From positions 2,752,001-2,816,000 of the forward strand of contig OZ251518.1 of assembly GCA_965242965.1 (NCBI GenBank): DNA of 64,000 nt, read 5' to 3'. Origin of the DNA: Candidatus Poribacteria bacterium (GTDB lineage: Bacteria > Poribacteria > WGA-4E > WGA-3G). Numbering within the stretch: position 1 is the first letter of the stretch; every line of letters begins with the position of its first letter. Positions 1 through 10,635 of the stretch are shown one piece after another. Made by a program: the position numbers and the translations under genes. Below the pieces are notes generated by a model. The model worked only from the letters and a program-made list of their open reading frames with translations. It made no database searches and was not told the origin of the DNA.

Positions 1-1053
1 GACGATGTCGTAGCCTGGGAGGCACCGCGGAATGAAAACGGATTTACCGCGGCGGAGTGAGACATCGTCAAAAGCCCCGCGCAGTTTACCTTCGCCGCCT
101 AATGTGACGAGGCAATAAAACCCTTTTCCGGCGGGCATGCTGAGGGTTGAAGCCACTGTCAGCCGGGAACAACCGAAGTATTGCGATGCTTCCTCCGGCA
201 CAATCCGGTCTTCGCGGCTGTCGCCTTCTTCCCTGACGAGTGCAGGTGTGCGCCGGATGTAGTTGTTGAGGTAGTCCAAGTCTAGTTTGTCAAATTCGGC
301 GGCATCAACAGCCAGATCCCAGCCGAGTCCGAGGTGTCCGGCTTCTCTGTCGTATGGGAAACCCTCCCATTCGGCGAGGATGTTCCAATCGGTGGGTTCT
401 TGCGGTTCCAGCACGCAGAGTCCTGTGCCGAGTGAATGGACAATCGGCGTGCGTAAGAAGTATACTTCGCCCACCTTCGGTTCAACGACGTGCATGAGGC
501 TGCGCAGCGTTTGCACGTCCTGTGCTTCCATTAAGCGGCGGAAGTCTGCCTTGTCAACGGCTTCCTTCCATCCTATCCACGCTTTTGCGCCGGGGCGTGT
601 GCCGATGAGTATCCATGCCTCATTTTTGCCGAACGGCGAGTTGAGGTGTTCTTGCGCGAAGTCCGGGTTCGGATGCCAGTGTATGGGGATATGCGCCCCT
701 TCGCCGACATCGAAAATCTTGAGCAGCACTCCCAGGTCGGTGCCGTATTTAGCGACGTGCGCGCTGCCGAGGGTTTCTTCGGGGAACGCGTCCAACAGCT
801 CCTTCAGTAAGACGACTTCGCCGCTGGGGAGTTGGATGCGGCTTAAGCCTTTGTCCGGCGGATTCTCTCTGCCGGGGGTGATTGCCCGGTTCGTCGAGAA
901 AATCCATTCTTCGGAATAATAGTCGTCTTTAGGTTCTGGTTCGCCCATGAACTCGGCGCGAAGTTTTCCACCGTTATAGAAATGCAGATAGGTATTCGGT
1001 GCCAAGGCGATGGGCGCGGCTAACATTGATTTTAAATCGGTTTGTGATGCCAT
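1..1053 (-). CDS. Class I mannose-6-phosphate isomerase-like cupin protein (3' end runs off the window)
   Basis: Absent from the ORF track because it has no stop in the window. Manual translation from ATG at 1053 (RBS AAAGGA): MASQTDLKSMLAAPIALAPN...SEEWIFST...LLKIFDVGEGAHIPIHWHP...GKNEAW...IVHSLG...LEPQEPTD, matching PMI type I motifs. Confidence 0.75.
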   Translation of the reverse strand, partial: MASQTDLKSMLAAPIALAPNTYLHFYNGGKLRAEFMGEPEPKDDYYSEEWIFSTNRAITPGRENPPDKGLSRIQLPSGEVVLLKELLDAFPEETLGSAHVAKYGTDLGVLLKIFDVGEGAHIPIHWHPNPDFAQEHLNSPFGKNEAWILIGTRPGAKAWIGWKEAVDKADFRRLMEAQDVQTLRSLMHVVEPKVGEVYFLRTPIVHSLGTGLCVLEPQEPTDWNILAEWEGFPYDREAGHLGLGWDLAVDAAEFDKLDLDYLNNYIRRTPALVREEGDSREDRIVPEEASQYFGCSRLTVASTLSMPAGKGFYCLVTLGGEGKLRGAFDDVSLRRGKSVFIPRCLPGYDIV

Positions 1054-1081
1054 ATTGCTGTCCTTTTTCTGATTTTTTATT

Positions 1082-1171
1082 AGTTTAACATGTTACGCGG
1101 AATTTTGTCAAGTTTTTAATGTGGGGATTTTTTCGTTTGCGCTTGACAAACGCGGAAAGAGATGGTAAAAT
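1082..1171. promoter_or_regulatory. Divergent sigma70-type promoters
   Basis: Plus strand TTGACA(1143)-17-TAAAAT(1166); minus strand TTGACA(1111)-18-TAAACT(1087). Confidence 0.65.
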
Positions 1172-1237
1172 ATCTCTATCAACAAATCCCTGTAAAGGGC
1201 CGTGAGACGAATGACGCTAACCCGGAGGATAAAAGCG

Positions 1238-3430
1238 ATGAGATACTTCTTGGCACTCATAGCGATTTCGGTTTTGTTTTTCCCTAGCGGAAGCTGCGCC
1301 CAAGAATACACAACCTGGGGCTTACCCGACGGTGCAAGGGCTCGTTCTGGGAAAGGACGGATAACGGCTATCCGATTCTCTCCAGATGGCTCGCTGTTGG
1401 CAGTGGGGAGCACCGTAGGGCTCTGGCTCTATGATGCGCATACCGGTAAAGAGATTGCACTGCTGCGCGGCATCGGCGACACCAAGAAAATAGTCTTTTC
1501 TCCTAACGGTGAACTCCTTGCAAGCGCAGGCTGGGGCATCATTCAATTGTGGGATGTCGCCACATACAGCGAATTGCACACGTTCCCCAACAATATCACC
1601 TCTCGTTTGGGAGAGACGATGGCTTTCACCACGGATGGGAAAACGCTTATCTGTTTAGGGGGTAAATGGGAACCGCAGTTTCAGGCGTGGGACGTTCACT
1701 CGGGGGAATTGCTGCCAGATATTCCGGCGCGGAAACGCAGGGCTCTGCCGGTGAGAAAAGATGAGGAACTTAGCCTCACTGTTTCCACGGATGACCCGGG
1801 GCACCAGAAAGACCGGGGCTACTACGCTCAAGCACTTTCCCCGGACGGTTTACTCTTCGCCAGCGCGCCGCGTGGCATCACGATTATTGATGGGGTTTCC
1901 GATGGTGAGATTCGGTTAACGGACGTTAGAACCGGGGAGGTTATTCCAACGGCTATGCCCATGTTTGCCCTTGTTGACGGCATAGTATTTTCGCCGGATG
2001 GCAGAACGCTTGCCGACGTAGGAAGGCGGCACGGCATGAATTTGTGGGATATCCGCAGTAGCCGCAAATTGACTGCTATTAATCTCCCGACACGCAGAGT
2101 GAACGCGCTGGTATTTTCGCCGGATGGCAAAACGTTTGCAATTGCCAATGCGAAGACTGAGGTTCGGTTGCGCGAAGTAAGCACTGGCAAACGCATCTTG
2201 TCCTTCACATCGGAGCCTGCTCCCTCCTTACTGAGGACGGATGCGCTCGCTTTGGCATTCTCGCCAAATGGCGAAACGCTTGCCATCGCGACAGAAAGCA
2301 CCGTTGAAATGTGGGATGTCCACACAGGGCAACGGCTGTCAACCCTCGCCGAGCATCCGGCGATAGATACCCTGATAACGAATAACCAGAATTTTCTCAG
2401 TGTTGGTTTCCAATGGCGGGATATCCAGACAGGACAGATTCAAGCAGACTTGACACCTGGCGTAACTGCGCTTGTCTCATACGCTGAGGAGATAGAGGAC
2501 ATTTGGGCCGTCGCCTTATCACCTGATGGCACAACGTTCGCCACCGGAAGTGAAGCCGGTCTCCTGCATCTGTGGAACGCGCGGACTGGGGAACTTTTGT
2601 CCACTTTAAGAGGGCATACAGGTATCGTCACAGCATTGGCATTCACTGCTGATAGCGCACTGCTTGCGAGTGCTAGCAAGGATGGCACGATCCGGTTGTG
2701 GGCGGTAGCCACGGGACAACTGAAGGCAACGCTCACGGAGCATGATATTGGCGTTGCATTGGAAACTCAGCTGCATGTTAGGGCGGAAGTCCTGCAACCA
2801 TCGGAATTTGGCGAAAGTCAGGAGCCGGAACCATCGCAACCTGTGGAAGAATCTGAAGAGACTGAAGATGCGTGGAATTCCTTATTTGACGTGTTCGTTA
2901 ATAATCTCGCATTTTCGCCCAATGGCGCGACGCTCGCAAGCGCAAGTTTGGCTGGCACCATCTGGCTGTGGGAGGTAGACACCGCCCGATTGATAGCAAC
3001 CCTCAAAGAGCATGAGCCGTGGATGAAGGATTCTAGCGAATTCGCCAAGGTGGGATTGGCATTCTCCCCGGACAGCACGCGCCTCGCGAGTAGTAGTTGG
3101 GATGGCACCATCATGATATCGGGCATGATATCGGCGTTTCGCACAGAGGAGATGCCACTTCTCCTTCCGGGAAAAGCAGGACCGGAGTTTACGATACAAT
3201 TCACAGCTTTGGCGTGGGCACCGGATGGCACCCGACTTGTCAGTGGTAGCATGGCTGAAAGCCTCCAAATCTGGGATACGGAGACAGGCACCGAGTTGCG
3301 CACTATCCAAGGACATACGGGCGGCATAACTGGCGTGGCATTTTCGCAGAATGGCAAAACCGTCGCCAGTGCCAGTAAGGACGGGACAATTCTTTTGTGG
3401 GATTGGGATAAAATCACTGCAATACGGTAG
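1238..3430 (+). CDS. Secreted WD40-repeat beta-propeller protein
   Basis: Signal peptide after a GGAGGA RBS; N-terminal QEYTTWGLPDGARARSGKG; many AFSPDG...LAS...LWD repeats. Confidence 0.9.
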   Translation: MRYFLALIAISVLFFPSGSCAQEYTTWGLPDGARARSGKGRITAIRFSPDGSLLAVGSTVGLWLYDAHTGKEIALLRGIGDTKKIVFSPNGELLASAGWGIIQLWDVATYSELHTFPNNITSRLGETMAFTTDGKTLICLGGKWEPQFQAWDVHSGELLPDIPARKRRALPVRKDEELSLTVSTDDPGHQKDRGYYAQALSPDGLLFASAPRGITIIDGVSDGEIRLTDVRTGEVIPTAMPMFALVDGIVFSPDGRTLADVGRRHGMNLWDIRSSRKLTAINLPTRRVNALVFSPDGKTFAIANAKTEVRLREVSTGKRILSFTSEPAPSLLRTDALALAFSPNGETLAIATESTVEMWDVHTGQRLSTLAEHPAIDTLITNNQNFLSVGFQWRDIQTGQIQADLTPGVTALVSYAEEIEDIWAVALSPDGTTFATGSEAGLLHLWNARTGELLSTLRGHTGIVTALAFTADSALLASASKDGTIRLWAVATGQLKATLTEHDIGVALETQLHVRAEVLQPSEFGESQEPEPSQPVEESEETEDAWNSLFDVFVNNLAFSPNGATLASASLAGTIWLWEVDTARLIATLKEHEPWMKDSSEFAKVGLAFSPDSTRLASSSWDGTIMISGMISAFRTEEMPLLLPGKAGPEFTIQFTALAWAPDGTRLVSGSMAESLQIWDTETGTELRTIQGHTGGITGVAFSQNGKTVASASKDGTILLWDWDKITAIR

Positions 3431-3870
3431 GCGAGCCCTCCTGGTCTCGATGCAATAGACTCGTTCGGGTGCAGGCGCACCCGAACTACAGAGCGGTTCG
3501 GTGGACCGGAGCATGGCGAGGGACAGGCCCTCGCCCTACGGTGAAAGGGAGCCGTTCTGCGGCTAAGAAACCGTCCGGTTACCGTAGCGCGGGGGCCTGT
3601 CCCCCGCGAACGTCCCGTAGGCGAGCCCTCCTGGTCTCGATGCAATAGACTCGTTCGGGTGCAGGCGCACCCGAACTACAGAGCGGTTCGGTGGACCGCC
3701 GCATGGCGAGGGACAGGCCCTCGCCCTACGGTGAAAGGGAGCCGTTCTGCGGCTAAGAAACCGTCCGGTTACCGTAGCGCGGGGGCCTGTCCCCCGCGAA
3801 CGTCCCGTAGGCGAGCCCTCCCGGTCTCGATGCAATAGACTCGTTCGGGTGCAGGCGCACCCGAACTACA
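3427..3870. repeat. 190-bp tandem repeat (about 2.3 copies) built from REP-like hairpins
   Basis: Units start with GTAG at 3427, 3617 and 3807, are nearly identical and each hold four different hairpins. Confidence 0.9.
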
Positions 3871-4232
3871 AGGCGAGAGTGCGCGCTGTCTATAGTTCAG
3901 GAGTGCCTGCGCCTGACATGTTTGTGCTCAGGTGCTTGCACTTGATGTTTTCCCGGTAGGAGGGACATCCCTGTCCCGATACAAACCACATCAAGATCCG
4001 GCGGAAGAATTCGAGACCAGGAGGGCTCTCCTACACTTGATGTCCCGGTAGGAGGGACATCCCTGTCCCGATAGGAACCACATCGAGATCCGGCGGAAAA
4101 AATTCGAGACCAGGAGGGCTCTCCTACGGGGACATCGCTTGCATCGAGACCAGGAGGTCTCTCCTACTGGGGAAACGGAAGCACTCGGGGTGTCGCGAAA
4201 CCATTTTGACAACAACGAGTTATGAAACACCC

Positions 4233-5261
4233 TCATTTAAAAACCACAATCAATTTCCGTGCAACAGCATGTTGCGCAGCCGCCTTCGCATGAATAACCA
4301 AAATATACCGCCCATTGCGCACGAGGATATCCTCATCTGTCAAACCATCCCACTGCGCGACGTTGGGGCCGATAGAACAAGGCGCGTGATCTAAAAGCCG
4401 CCGAAGCCGCCTGTCTCGCAAATCAAAGATGTCCATCGTGACGAACGCTTGGACTGCATCCGGCGCGTTCAAGCGATAGATTATTGTGAGGCGATGCATG
4501 TCGGGCGCGAAAAAGACGCGCGGCGACAGTGTGACATTCTCAATTGTAAGACGATTGGAACGCAACATCTCGATTTTCGGTGCCATCAAGGTATAAACAC
4601 CTAAGTGGTTAATCGTGGCAGTCACGGTGCCTTGAAGCGCGTTCACTCGGCCGCTCAGCGGCACCCATCTTTTCTGGTAACGTTCCCAAAAATGGATGCG
4701 GGGTATTGCGGGTATCACCTCGCTATGCGCAAATCGTAATTGTGCAGGACGTTTCAAAACGAGTTTGTCAGGAGACAGCCGAATAACGCTGACGAGCCGC
4801 TGGGATTCTGACAACGGCAGCCCTGGCGGCGCGATAATCTCTACCGCTATCCGTTGTGGAGTTAAAAACGCATTCGGTGGAAATTCTATCTTGACCCCGG
4901 TGGGACTGCTGAAAGTCCCTCCCTCAATACCAATCGTTTGAGTGGCGGGGACAATTTTAATCGGCGCGGCTTGCTCTATAGAGGCACCCTTCGCTATAAG
5001 CGTCCCCTCGCCGACAAACACCGCCGTGAACACGGGAGGTTCGCCTGAAACTTTGCCTAAATTTCTGGAGATAAACCAGCGGACAGGAACGCGTTGTCCA
5101 TCGGTTGATACTGCCGTGAGGCGGTAAGCCTTGCCAGAGATGAGTTCGTAGGGAGGAGTCAGTTCCACTTCACCATCAAATAAGTGAATCTCGAACTCGG
5201 CGGAAACGGGCATGCACAGGGTTATTGTCAAGATAACGATTAGGCGCGAGATATTAATCAT
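4233..5261 (-). CDS. Secreted protein with ZU5/Ig-like region and C-terminal FlgD-like domain
   Basis: Signal peptide; IGIEGGTF..VKIEFPPNAF..TATINHLGVY (ZU5-like); VTMDIFDLRDRRLRRL..WDGLTDEDILVRNGRYIL (FlgD-Ig-like). Confidence 0.7.
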   Translation of the reverse strand: MINISRLIVILTITLCMPVSAEFEIHLFDGEVELTPPYELISGKAYRLTAVSTDGQRVPVRWFISRNLGKVSGEPPVFTAVFVGEGTLIAKGASIEQAAPIKIVPATQTIGIEGGTFSSPTGVKIEFPPNAFLTPQRIAVEIIAPPGLPLSESQRLVSVIRLSPDKLVLKRPAQLRFAHSEVIPAIPRIHFWERYQKRWVPLSGRVNALQGTVTATINHLGVYTLMAPKIEMLRSNRLTIENVTLSPRVFFAPDMHRLTIIYRLNAPDAVQAFVTMDIFDLRDRRLRRLLDHAPCSIGPNVAQWDGLTDEDILVRNGRYILVIHAKAAAQHAVARKLIVVFK

Positions 5262-5503
5262 TTCATTTTCACCGTAGCTATTTCCCCGTAGCGCGGGGGC
5301 CTGTCCCCCGCGATCTCACACTGTTACTTGAAAGACGTATTTTCATTTTCACCGTAGCACGGGGGCCCTCGGATGCCACACGCGCATCCGAGCGGGTTTC
5401 CCCCGCGATGCCTCGCTGTCACCGTAGCGCGGGGGGCCTGTCCCCCGCGATGCCTCGCCCAAGCGAACATGGCCCTCACCCACCGAAACTGTGGAGTCAA
5501 ACA

Positions 5504-7525
5504 ATGAATGCCCTTATCAAATTAGATCCGTTGTTAAAACCTTATGCGACACAACTGTCCCAGAGATACGCACGCTATCTCCAGCGCAAGACTGAAATTG
5601 AGAAGGCAGACAGCCAAGATGGCGGCCTCCTCGGACAGATAAGCCAAGGGCACCGATACTTCGGATTTACCCGCAGCGGCACCGGCATCTGGTATCGTGA
5701 ATGGGCCCCTGCTGCGCACGCGCTCTCCCTCATCGGCGATTTTAACGGGTGGGACCGCGGCGCACACCCGATGACGCGCGACGAATGGGGAGTGTGGCAC
5801 ATTTTCCTGCCAGATGGACTCCCTCACGGAAGCCGCGTGAAGGTGCATGTCGTCTCCGAACTCGGCGCGCGGGACAGGATTCCTGCCTATATCCAGCGCG
5901 TCGTGCAGGAAGGAGACGCTGCCTTCGTCGGGCAGTATTGGGCACCACCGAACCCGTATCAGTGGCATCACGAGTCGCCAGCGCGTCTGAAAAGGGCACC
6001 TACGGACCGCAGCGAAGGATTGCGGATTTATGAGGCGCATGTCGGTATGGCGCAAGAGTCAGAAAAAATCGGCACTTTCACTGAATTTACGCACAATATC
6101 CTCCCTCGCATTCAGGCACTCGGCTATAACGCCGTGCAACTGATGGCAATCATGGAGCATCCTTACTACGCGAGTTTCGGGTATCATGTCAGCAATTTCT
6201 TTGCGGTGTCAAGCCGATTCGGGACACCGGAGGAACTGAAGCACCTCATTGATACTGCACACAGCATGGGGTTGCTGGTTATCATGGATTTGGTGCATAG
6301 CCACGCTGTTAAGAATTTTGACGAAGGATTAAACCGTTTTGACGGCACCGAGCATCACTATTTTCACGCCGGGGCGAAGGGTGTCCACACCGCTTGGGAT
6401 TCGCGCTGTTTTGATTATCGTCAATATGAAGTGCTGCGGTTTCTGCTCAGCAACATCCGCTATTGGCTTGAAACCTATCGGTTTGATGGATTTCGCATTG
6501 ACGGTGTCACCAGCATGCTCTACGAAGACCACGGGCTTGGGCAGAAATTCACCGGTTACGATGACTATTTCAACGCGCAAGTTGAGTTGGATGCGGTTGC
6601 CTACCTCATGTTGGCGAATGAGCTCATTCACGCCGTGAACCCGAACGCTATCTCTATCGCGGAGGAGGTGAGTGGGATGCCCGGCCTCGCGCGCCCGACG
6701 GAAGAAGGCGGCCTCGGTTTTGACTATCGCCTCGCCATGGGCATCCCCGATTATTGGATTCAACTCATCAAGGAGAAATCAGACGAAGAATGGCACCTCG
6801 GCGAGATTTATGGCATGCTACTCAACCGCCGCGCGGGCGAAAAACACATCGCTTACGTTGAAAGCCACGACCAGGGTATTGTCGGCGATAAGACGCTTGC
6901 GATGCAACTGATGGACGCGGAACTCTACGAGAACATGAGCATCTTTTCGGAGAGCCCAGTCATCGCGCGCGGGATTGCGTTGCATAAACTCATCCGCCTC
7001 CTCACCTTTAGCCTCGGCGGCGAGGGATACCTCAACTTTATGGGCAACGAATTCGGGCATCCGGAGTGGATAGACTTTCCACGCGCGGGTAATAACGACT
7101 CCTATTACTATGCGCGACGGCAGTGGTCCCTCGGTGATAGCGACACTCTCCGTTACCAACATCTCAACGCTTTCGACGCGGCGATGCAACAACTCGATGC
7201 GCAGTTCTGTGTGCTAACGGATACCGACGTTCAGTTTCTCTTCATTCGCGAGGAGGCGAAGCAGCTCGTGTATGCGCGCGGCGGGCTCGTCTTCGTCTTC
7301 AATTTCCATCCGACAATATCCTATCGGGACTGGCGTATCCCTGTGCCACAATCTGCTGATTACCGCGTTGTCCTCAATACTGATGACATCGGGTATGGTG
7401 GACAGGGGCACGTTGCGGCAGATACACACTATCCGTGGCAGGATATTTCGATGGAGGGGCAGGCGCAGTCAATTCAGGTGTATGTGCCTGCCCGGAGCGC
7501 GCAGGTCTTGTCTCCGTTCCCGTAG
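5504..7525 (+). CDS. glgB: 1,4-alpha-glucan branching enzyme (GH13, GH13_8-like)
   Basis: YREWAPAA, IYEAHVGMA, EHPYYASFGYHV, FDGFRIDGVTSMLY, AEEVSG, YVESHDQ, NFMGNEFGHPEWIDFP. Start moved to the ATG after GGAG. Confidence 0.93.
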   Translation: MNALIKLDPLLKPYATQLSQRYARYLQRKTEIEKADSQDGGLLGQISQGHRYFGFTRSGTGIWYREWAPAAHALSLIGDFNGWDRGAHPMTRDEWGVWHIFLPDGLPHGSRVKVHVVSELGARDRIPAYIQRVVQEGDAAFVGQYWAPPNPYQWHHESPARLKRAPTDRSEGLRIYEAHVGMAQESEKIGTFTEFTHNILPRIQALGYNAVQLMAIMEHPYYASFGYHVSNFFAVSSRFGTPEELKHLIDTAHSMGLLVIMDLVHSHAVKNFDEGLNRFDGTEHHYFHAGAKGVHTAWDSRCFDYRQYEVLRFLLSNIRYWLETYRFDGFRIDGVTSMLYEDHGLGQKFTGYDDYFNAQVELDAVAYLMLANELIHAVNPNAISIAEEVSGMPGLARPTEEGGLGFDYRLAMGIPDYWIQLIKEKSDEEWHLGEIYGMLLNRRAGEKHIAYVESHDQGIVGDKTLAMQLMDAELYENMSIFSESPVIARGIALHKLIRLLTFSLGGEGYLNFMGNEFGHPEWIDFPRAGNNDSYYYARRQWSLGDSDTLRYQHLNAFDAAMQQLDAQFCVLTDTDVQFLFIREEAKQLVYARGGLVFVFNFHPTISYRDWRIPVPQSADYRVVLNTDDIGYGGQGHVAADTHYPWQDISMEGQAQSIQVYVPARSAQVLSPFP

Positions 7526-7561
7526 GGCGGGGGCCTGTCCCTCGCCATGTCACACTTAACC

Positions 7562-8100
7562 GAGGGTGTTTCATATATTGATGTCTTCCCGGTAGGAGAG
7601 ACCTCCTGGTCTCGATTGCTCCCCGTAGGAGAGCCCTCCCGGTCTCGATGTTCCCGTAGCGCGGGGGCCTGTCCCCCGCGTTGTGCCTCGTCAAGCGGTG
7701 GCGTTTTAGGTCCTTTAGGACCTACATGTCTATAGCAGCACGTGTCGGCCCGTTTTCAAGGTCCTTTAGGTCCTTAATAAAACACGCGCGGATCTGGCAA
7801 AAGCTATTAAGGACCTAAAGGACCTTAGTGTTCTTCGCGGGCGCGCGTGCTATAGACATTCAGGTCCTACGGACCTGAAGATAACCAGAGACGTTTTTTT
7901 CGTTCTCCCCTCTCTGTAGTTTGTGATCGCCTGATCACAAACGGGTCAGGATCAGGCGATCCTGACCTACAGGGGTGATGAGGTTTACCAGCCAAACGCA
8001 TGGCGAGGGACAGGCCCTCGCCCTACGTGAAGGGGCGGCGTTTTTTCACCGGAGCGCGGGGTCTGTCATCGCGACGTTGAGCGATTTATGAAACACCCTC
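7562..8100. mobile_element. MITE-like element with REP cargo (copy A)
   Basis: TIRs GAGGGTGTTTCATA / TATGAAACACCCTC flanked by direct repeat ACTTAACC (7554-7561 and 8101-8108). Confidence 0.8.
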
Positions 8101-8185
8101 ACTTAACCGAACGCTCGCGGGGGAAACCCGCTCGGATGCGCGTGTGGCATCCGAGGGCCCCGCGCTACGGGGACCGGGCAGCGGT

Positions 8186-9028
8186 TCATGTAGTCCGATT
8201 ATCCAGCGAATACTCGCGATTACCACCCGGGCCGCCGCCAATAGCCCATGTCCCTCGGAACAACGACTGCCGTTTCGGCGGCATTGTTTCTATCACCTCA
8301 TGGCTCAGATTGAGCCGATGCCACTGCGCCCAAATCGAGTTATAGCAGTTGAAAACGGCGCACCGCGGGTTATCCGGATTCGTCCAATCGTTCGCTGCAT
8401 GAACGAGACTCTCCGTGAAAATGACGACGGAGCCCGGCGGACAACTATATTCGTCCATTGCCTCGCGCATGTTCGCCTCCCACGGCGAGCCGCCGATGTT
8501 GGGGCGGTACGGGTCTGGGCCGCCGTAATTGAAATGTGCTTTGTGGGAACCGCTGAGGAAGGTGGTGCCGCCTTGTCCTGCCTTCACCTCCTCCAATTCC
8601 CACACGACGCGCGTCAATCCTGCGAAAATTTTCGCACCCGCAACCTGGTAGCGCATTGCGTTCGCTTGTTGCGGCGGCCGGACGACGTGCGGCAGTCCAT
8701 TATCCCCGCGCGTAGAAACGTCCCAGCCCGGCGGTCTCACCGTGGTAAACGAACCTTCGCATCGGAAGCCGTAACAGTCGTCTCTGACAAACGGCTCTTC
8801 AGACAAAATCTCGTTCAGAATGCCGACAATGGCGGGATGATCTAGCAGATTCTGCAGCGCGCCTTGGTAACTTTGTCTGGCACCGGCATACACTTCTGCC
8901 TTCGTCTCTTCAATTTCCGATGCTGATAAGATTTCCGGCAACAGAATCCAGCCGCGCAGATCGAAGAAAAACTTCTGCTCCGGTGTCATCTGCACTGGTG
9001 TATCGGTTCGGTTTTGCTTGGAGTTCAT
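8186..9028 (-). CDS. PhyH-family Fe/2OG dioxygenase (divergent)
   Basis: MTPEQKFFFDLRGW, GGTTFLSGSHK, PPGSVVIFTESLVHAA...PRCAVF. Confidence 0.8.
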   Translation of the reverse strand: MNSKQNRTDTPVQMTPEQKFFFDLRGWILLPEILSASEIEETKAEVYAGARQSYQGALQNLLDHPAIVGILNEILSEEPFVRDDCYGFRCEGSFTTVRPPGWDVSTRGDNGLPHVVRPPQQANAMRYQVAGAKIFAGLTRVVWELEEVKAGQGGTTFLSGSHKAHFNYGGPDPYRPNIGGSPWEANMREAMDEYSCPPGSVVIFTESLVHAANDWTNPDNPRCAVFNCYNSIWAQWHRLNLSHEVIETMPPKRQSLFRGTWAIGGGPGGNREYSLDNRTT

Positions 9029-9185
9029 CGTGTTTCCTCCTAAATCGGTTTTCCTTGCGGTTTATGTTATCAGAAATTGGCGATTTTTGCAAATCGTGGA
9101 AAAATTGCATGTGCCGCGAAAATGTGGTATAATATCTATCAAATATGGAGAAAAATGCACTTTACCGAAACATAAGGAGGACCTA

Positions 9186-10211
9186 TTGAAGTTCAACACC
9201 CTCTTTTTTGGCATGTTTTTGATATTCAGCACCGTCGCGAGTGTATCGGCGGATGCCCCCAAGTCGCGCCCAGATAGCCACGCGCCTATCGGTGTGATGG
9301 GGGAGCATGGGCATAAAAGTCGCGAAATCATGCTTGCTTATCGCTTCATGGGAATGCAAATGGAAGGCCTTCAGTCTGGCACAGAATCGGTTGAGGCGGC
9401 AGACGTGCTACATCATTTTATGGCAGTGCCAACACAGATGTCCATGCGGATGCACATGCTTGGTGCGATGTTCGCACCGCACGACCGGGGGACGCTCATG
9501 GTGATGACGAATTATCTCCAAAAACGCATGGACATGATGGGGGCGCACCACTCTACAGGCGGTGCGCACGGCCATGCTGCGATGCCCCATGAAATGTCCA
9601 GCGCGGGACTCGGCGACACCAAAGTGGAAGCGATACTCTCGCTGTGGAAAGGGCATAACCTGACGCTGATTGGCAACGCGGGTGTTTCGCTACCAACCGG
9701 TTCCATCGAACAGATGGGGGAGAACAAGCAGATTCTTCCCTATCCGATGCAACTAGGGAGCGGTTCGTTTGAACTGCGTCCGGGTGTAACGCTTGCAGGG
9801 TATCTCGGCTCCTGGTCCTACGGTAGTCAGTTGCGGGGCAGATTGCCACTCAACACGAACGCGCGAGACTATCAATACGGCAACGCTTACACGGCCACGG
9901 TGTGGGGCGCGCGGCGGTTGAGCGATTGGCTCAGCCTCGGTGCAAGACTCCGCTTTGCCCAGTGGGATACGTTCACGGGTAGCGATGCGGACTTGAATCC
10001 GATGATGAGTCCGAATCACCGGTCGGATTGGCGCGGCGGGCGGCAGCTCACACTGGCGATTTCCGGCAATCTGCTTGTGCCAACAGGTGCGTTAGCCGGA
10101 CAGCGGTTGGCTATTGAGTTTCAGCGTCCGATGTATCAAGACTTCACAGGGACACAACTCAAGACGACATGGGAGCTCATGTTCGGATGGCAATATGCCT
10201 TCCGGTTGTAA
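9186..10211 (+). CDS. Outer-membrane beta-barrel transporter-like protein, His/Met-rich (possible metal uptake)
   Basis: TTG start after AAGGAGG; signal peptide; RPDSHAPIGVMGEH; His/Met-rich loop; GLGD..GVSLPTGS..MQLGSG; aromatic C-terminal strand WQYAF. Confidence 0.7.
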   Translation: MKFNTLFFGMFLIFSTVASVSADAPKSRPDSHAPIGVMGEHGHKSREIMLAYRFMGMQMEGLQSGTESVEAADVLHHFMAVPTQMSMRMHMLGAMFAPHDRGTLMVMTNYLQKRMDMMGAHHSTGGAHGHAAMPHEMSSAGLGDTKVEAILSLWKGHNLTLIGNAGVSLPTGSIEQMGENKQILPYPMQLGSGSFELRPGVTLAGYLGSWSYGSQLRGRLPLNTNARDYQYGNAYTATVWGARRLSDWLSLGARLRFAQWDTFTGSDADLNPMMSPNHRSDWRGGRQLTLAISGNLLVPTGALAGQRLAIEFQRPMYQDFTGTQLKTTWELMFGWQYAFRL

Positions 10212-10233
10212 TCACATCATGGTGCTTTCACAC

Positions 10234-10635
10234 CCGTAGCGCGGGGGCCTGTCCCCCGCGATCTCTCGGTGAAAGGCAGCTCCGCGAGGGACAGGCCCTC
10301 GCGCTACGGTACAGCAGGTGGTGTCCGTTTTCCGTAGTGCGGGGACCTGTCCCCCGCGTTTTCTCGGTGAAAGGCAGCCTCGCGAGGGACAGGCCCTCGC
10401 GCTACGGCGCGACAGGCGGCAGGCGTTATCGTAGCGCGGGGGCCTGTCCCCCGCGTTTTCTCGATCCCCCGCGTAGCGCGGGGGCCTGTCCCCCGCGATC
10501 TCTCGGTGAAGGCAGCCTCGCGAGGGACAGGCCCTCGCGCTACGGTGTGACAGGCGGTGTGCGTTTAACGATGGCCTGCCTCGCGCTACGGTGCGGCAGG
10601 CGGCGTGCGTTTAACGATGGCCTGACCTTTCGCCT
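10234..10635. repeat. REP-like cluster between convergent genes
   Basis: Alternating GTAGCGCGGGGGCCTGTCCCCCGCG and inverted CGCGAGGGACAGGCCCTCGCGCTAC. Confidence 0.85.

Noticed and set aside
287-919. 210-aa plus-strand ORF
   Set aside because: Antisense shadow of the PMI-like gene on the minus strand.
3427-3870. Regular repeats as a CRISPR array
   Set aside because: Whole 190-bp units including the intervening sequence are duplicated; there are no unique spacers and no cas genes.
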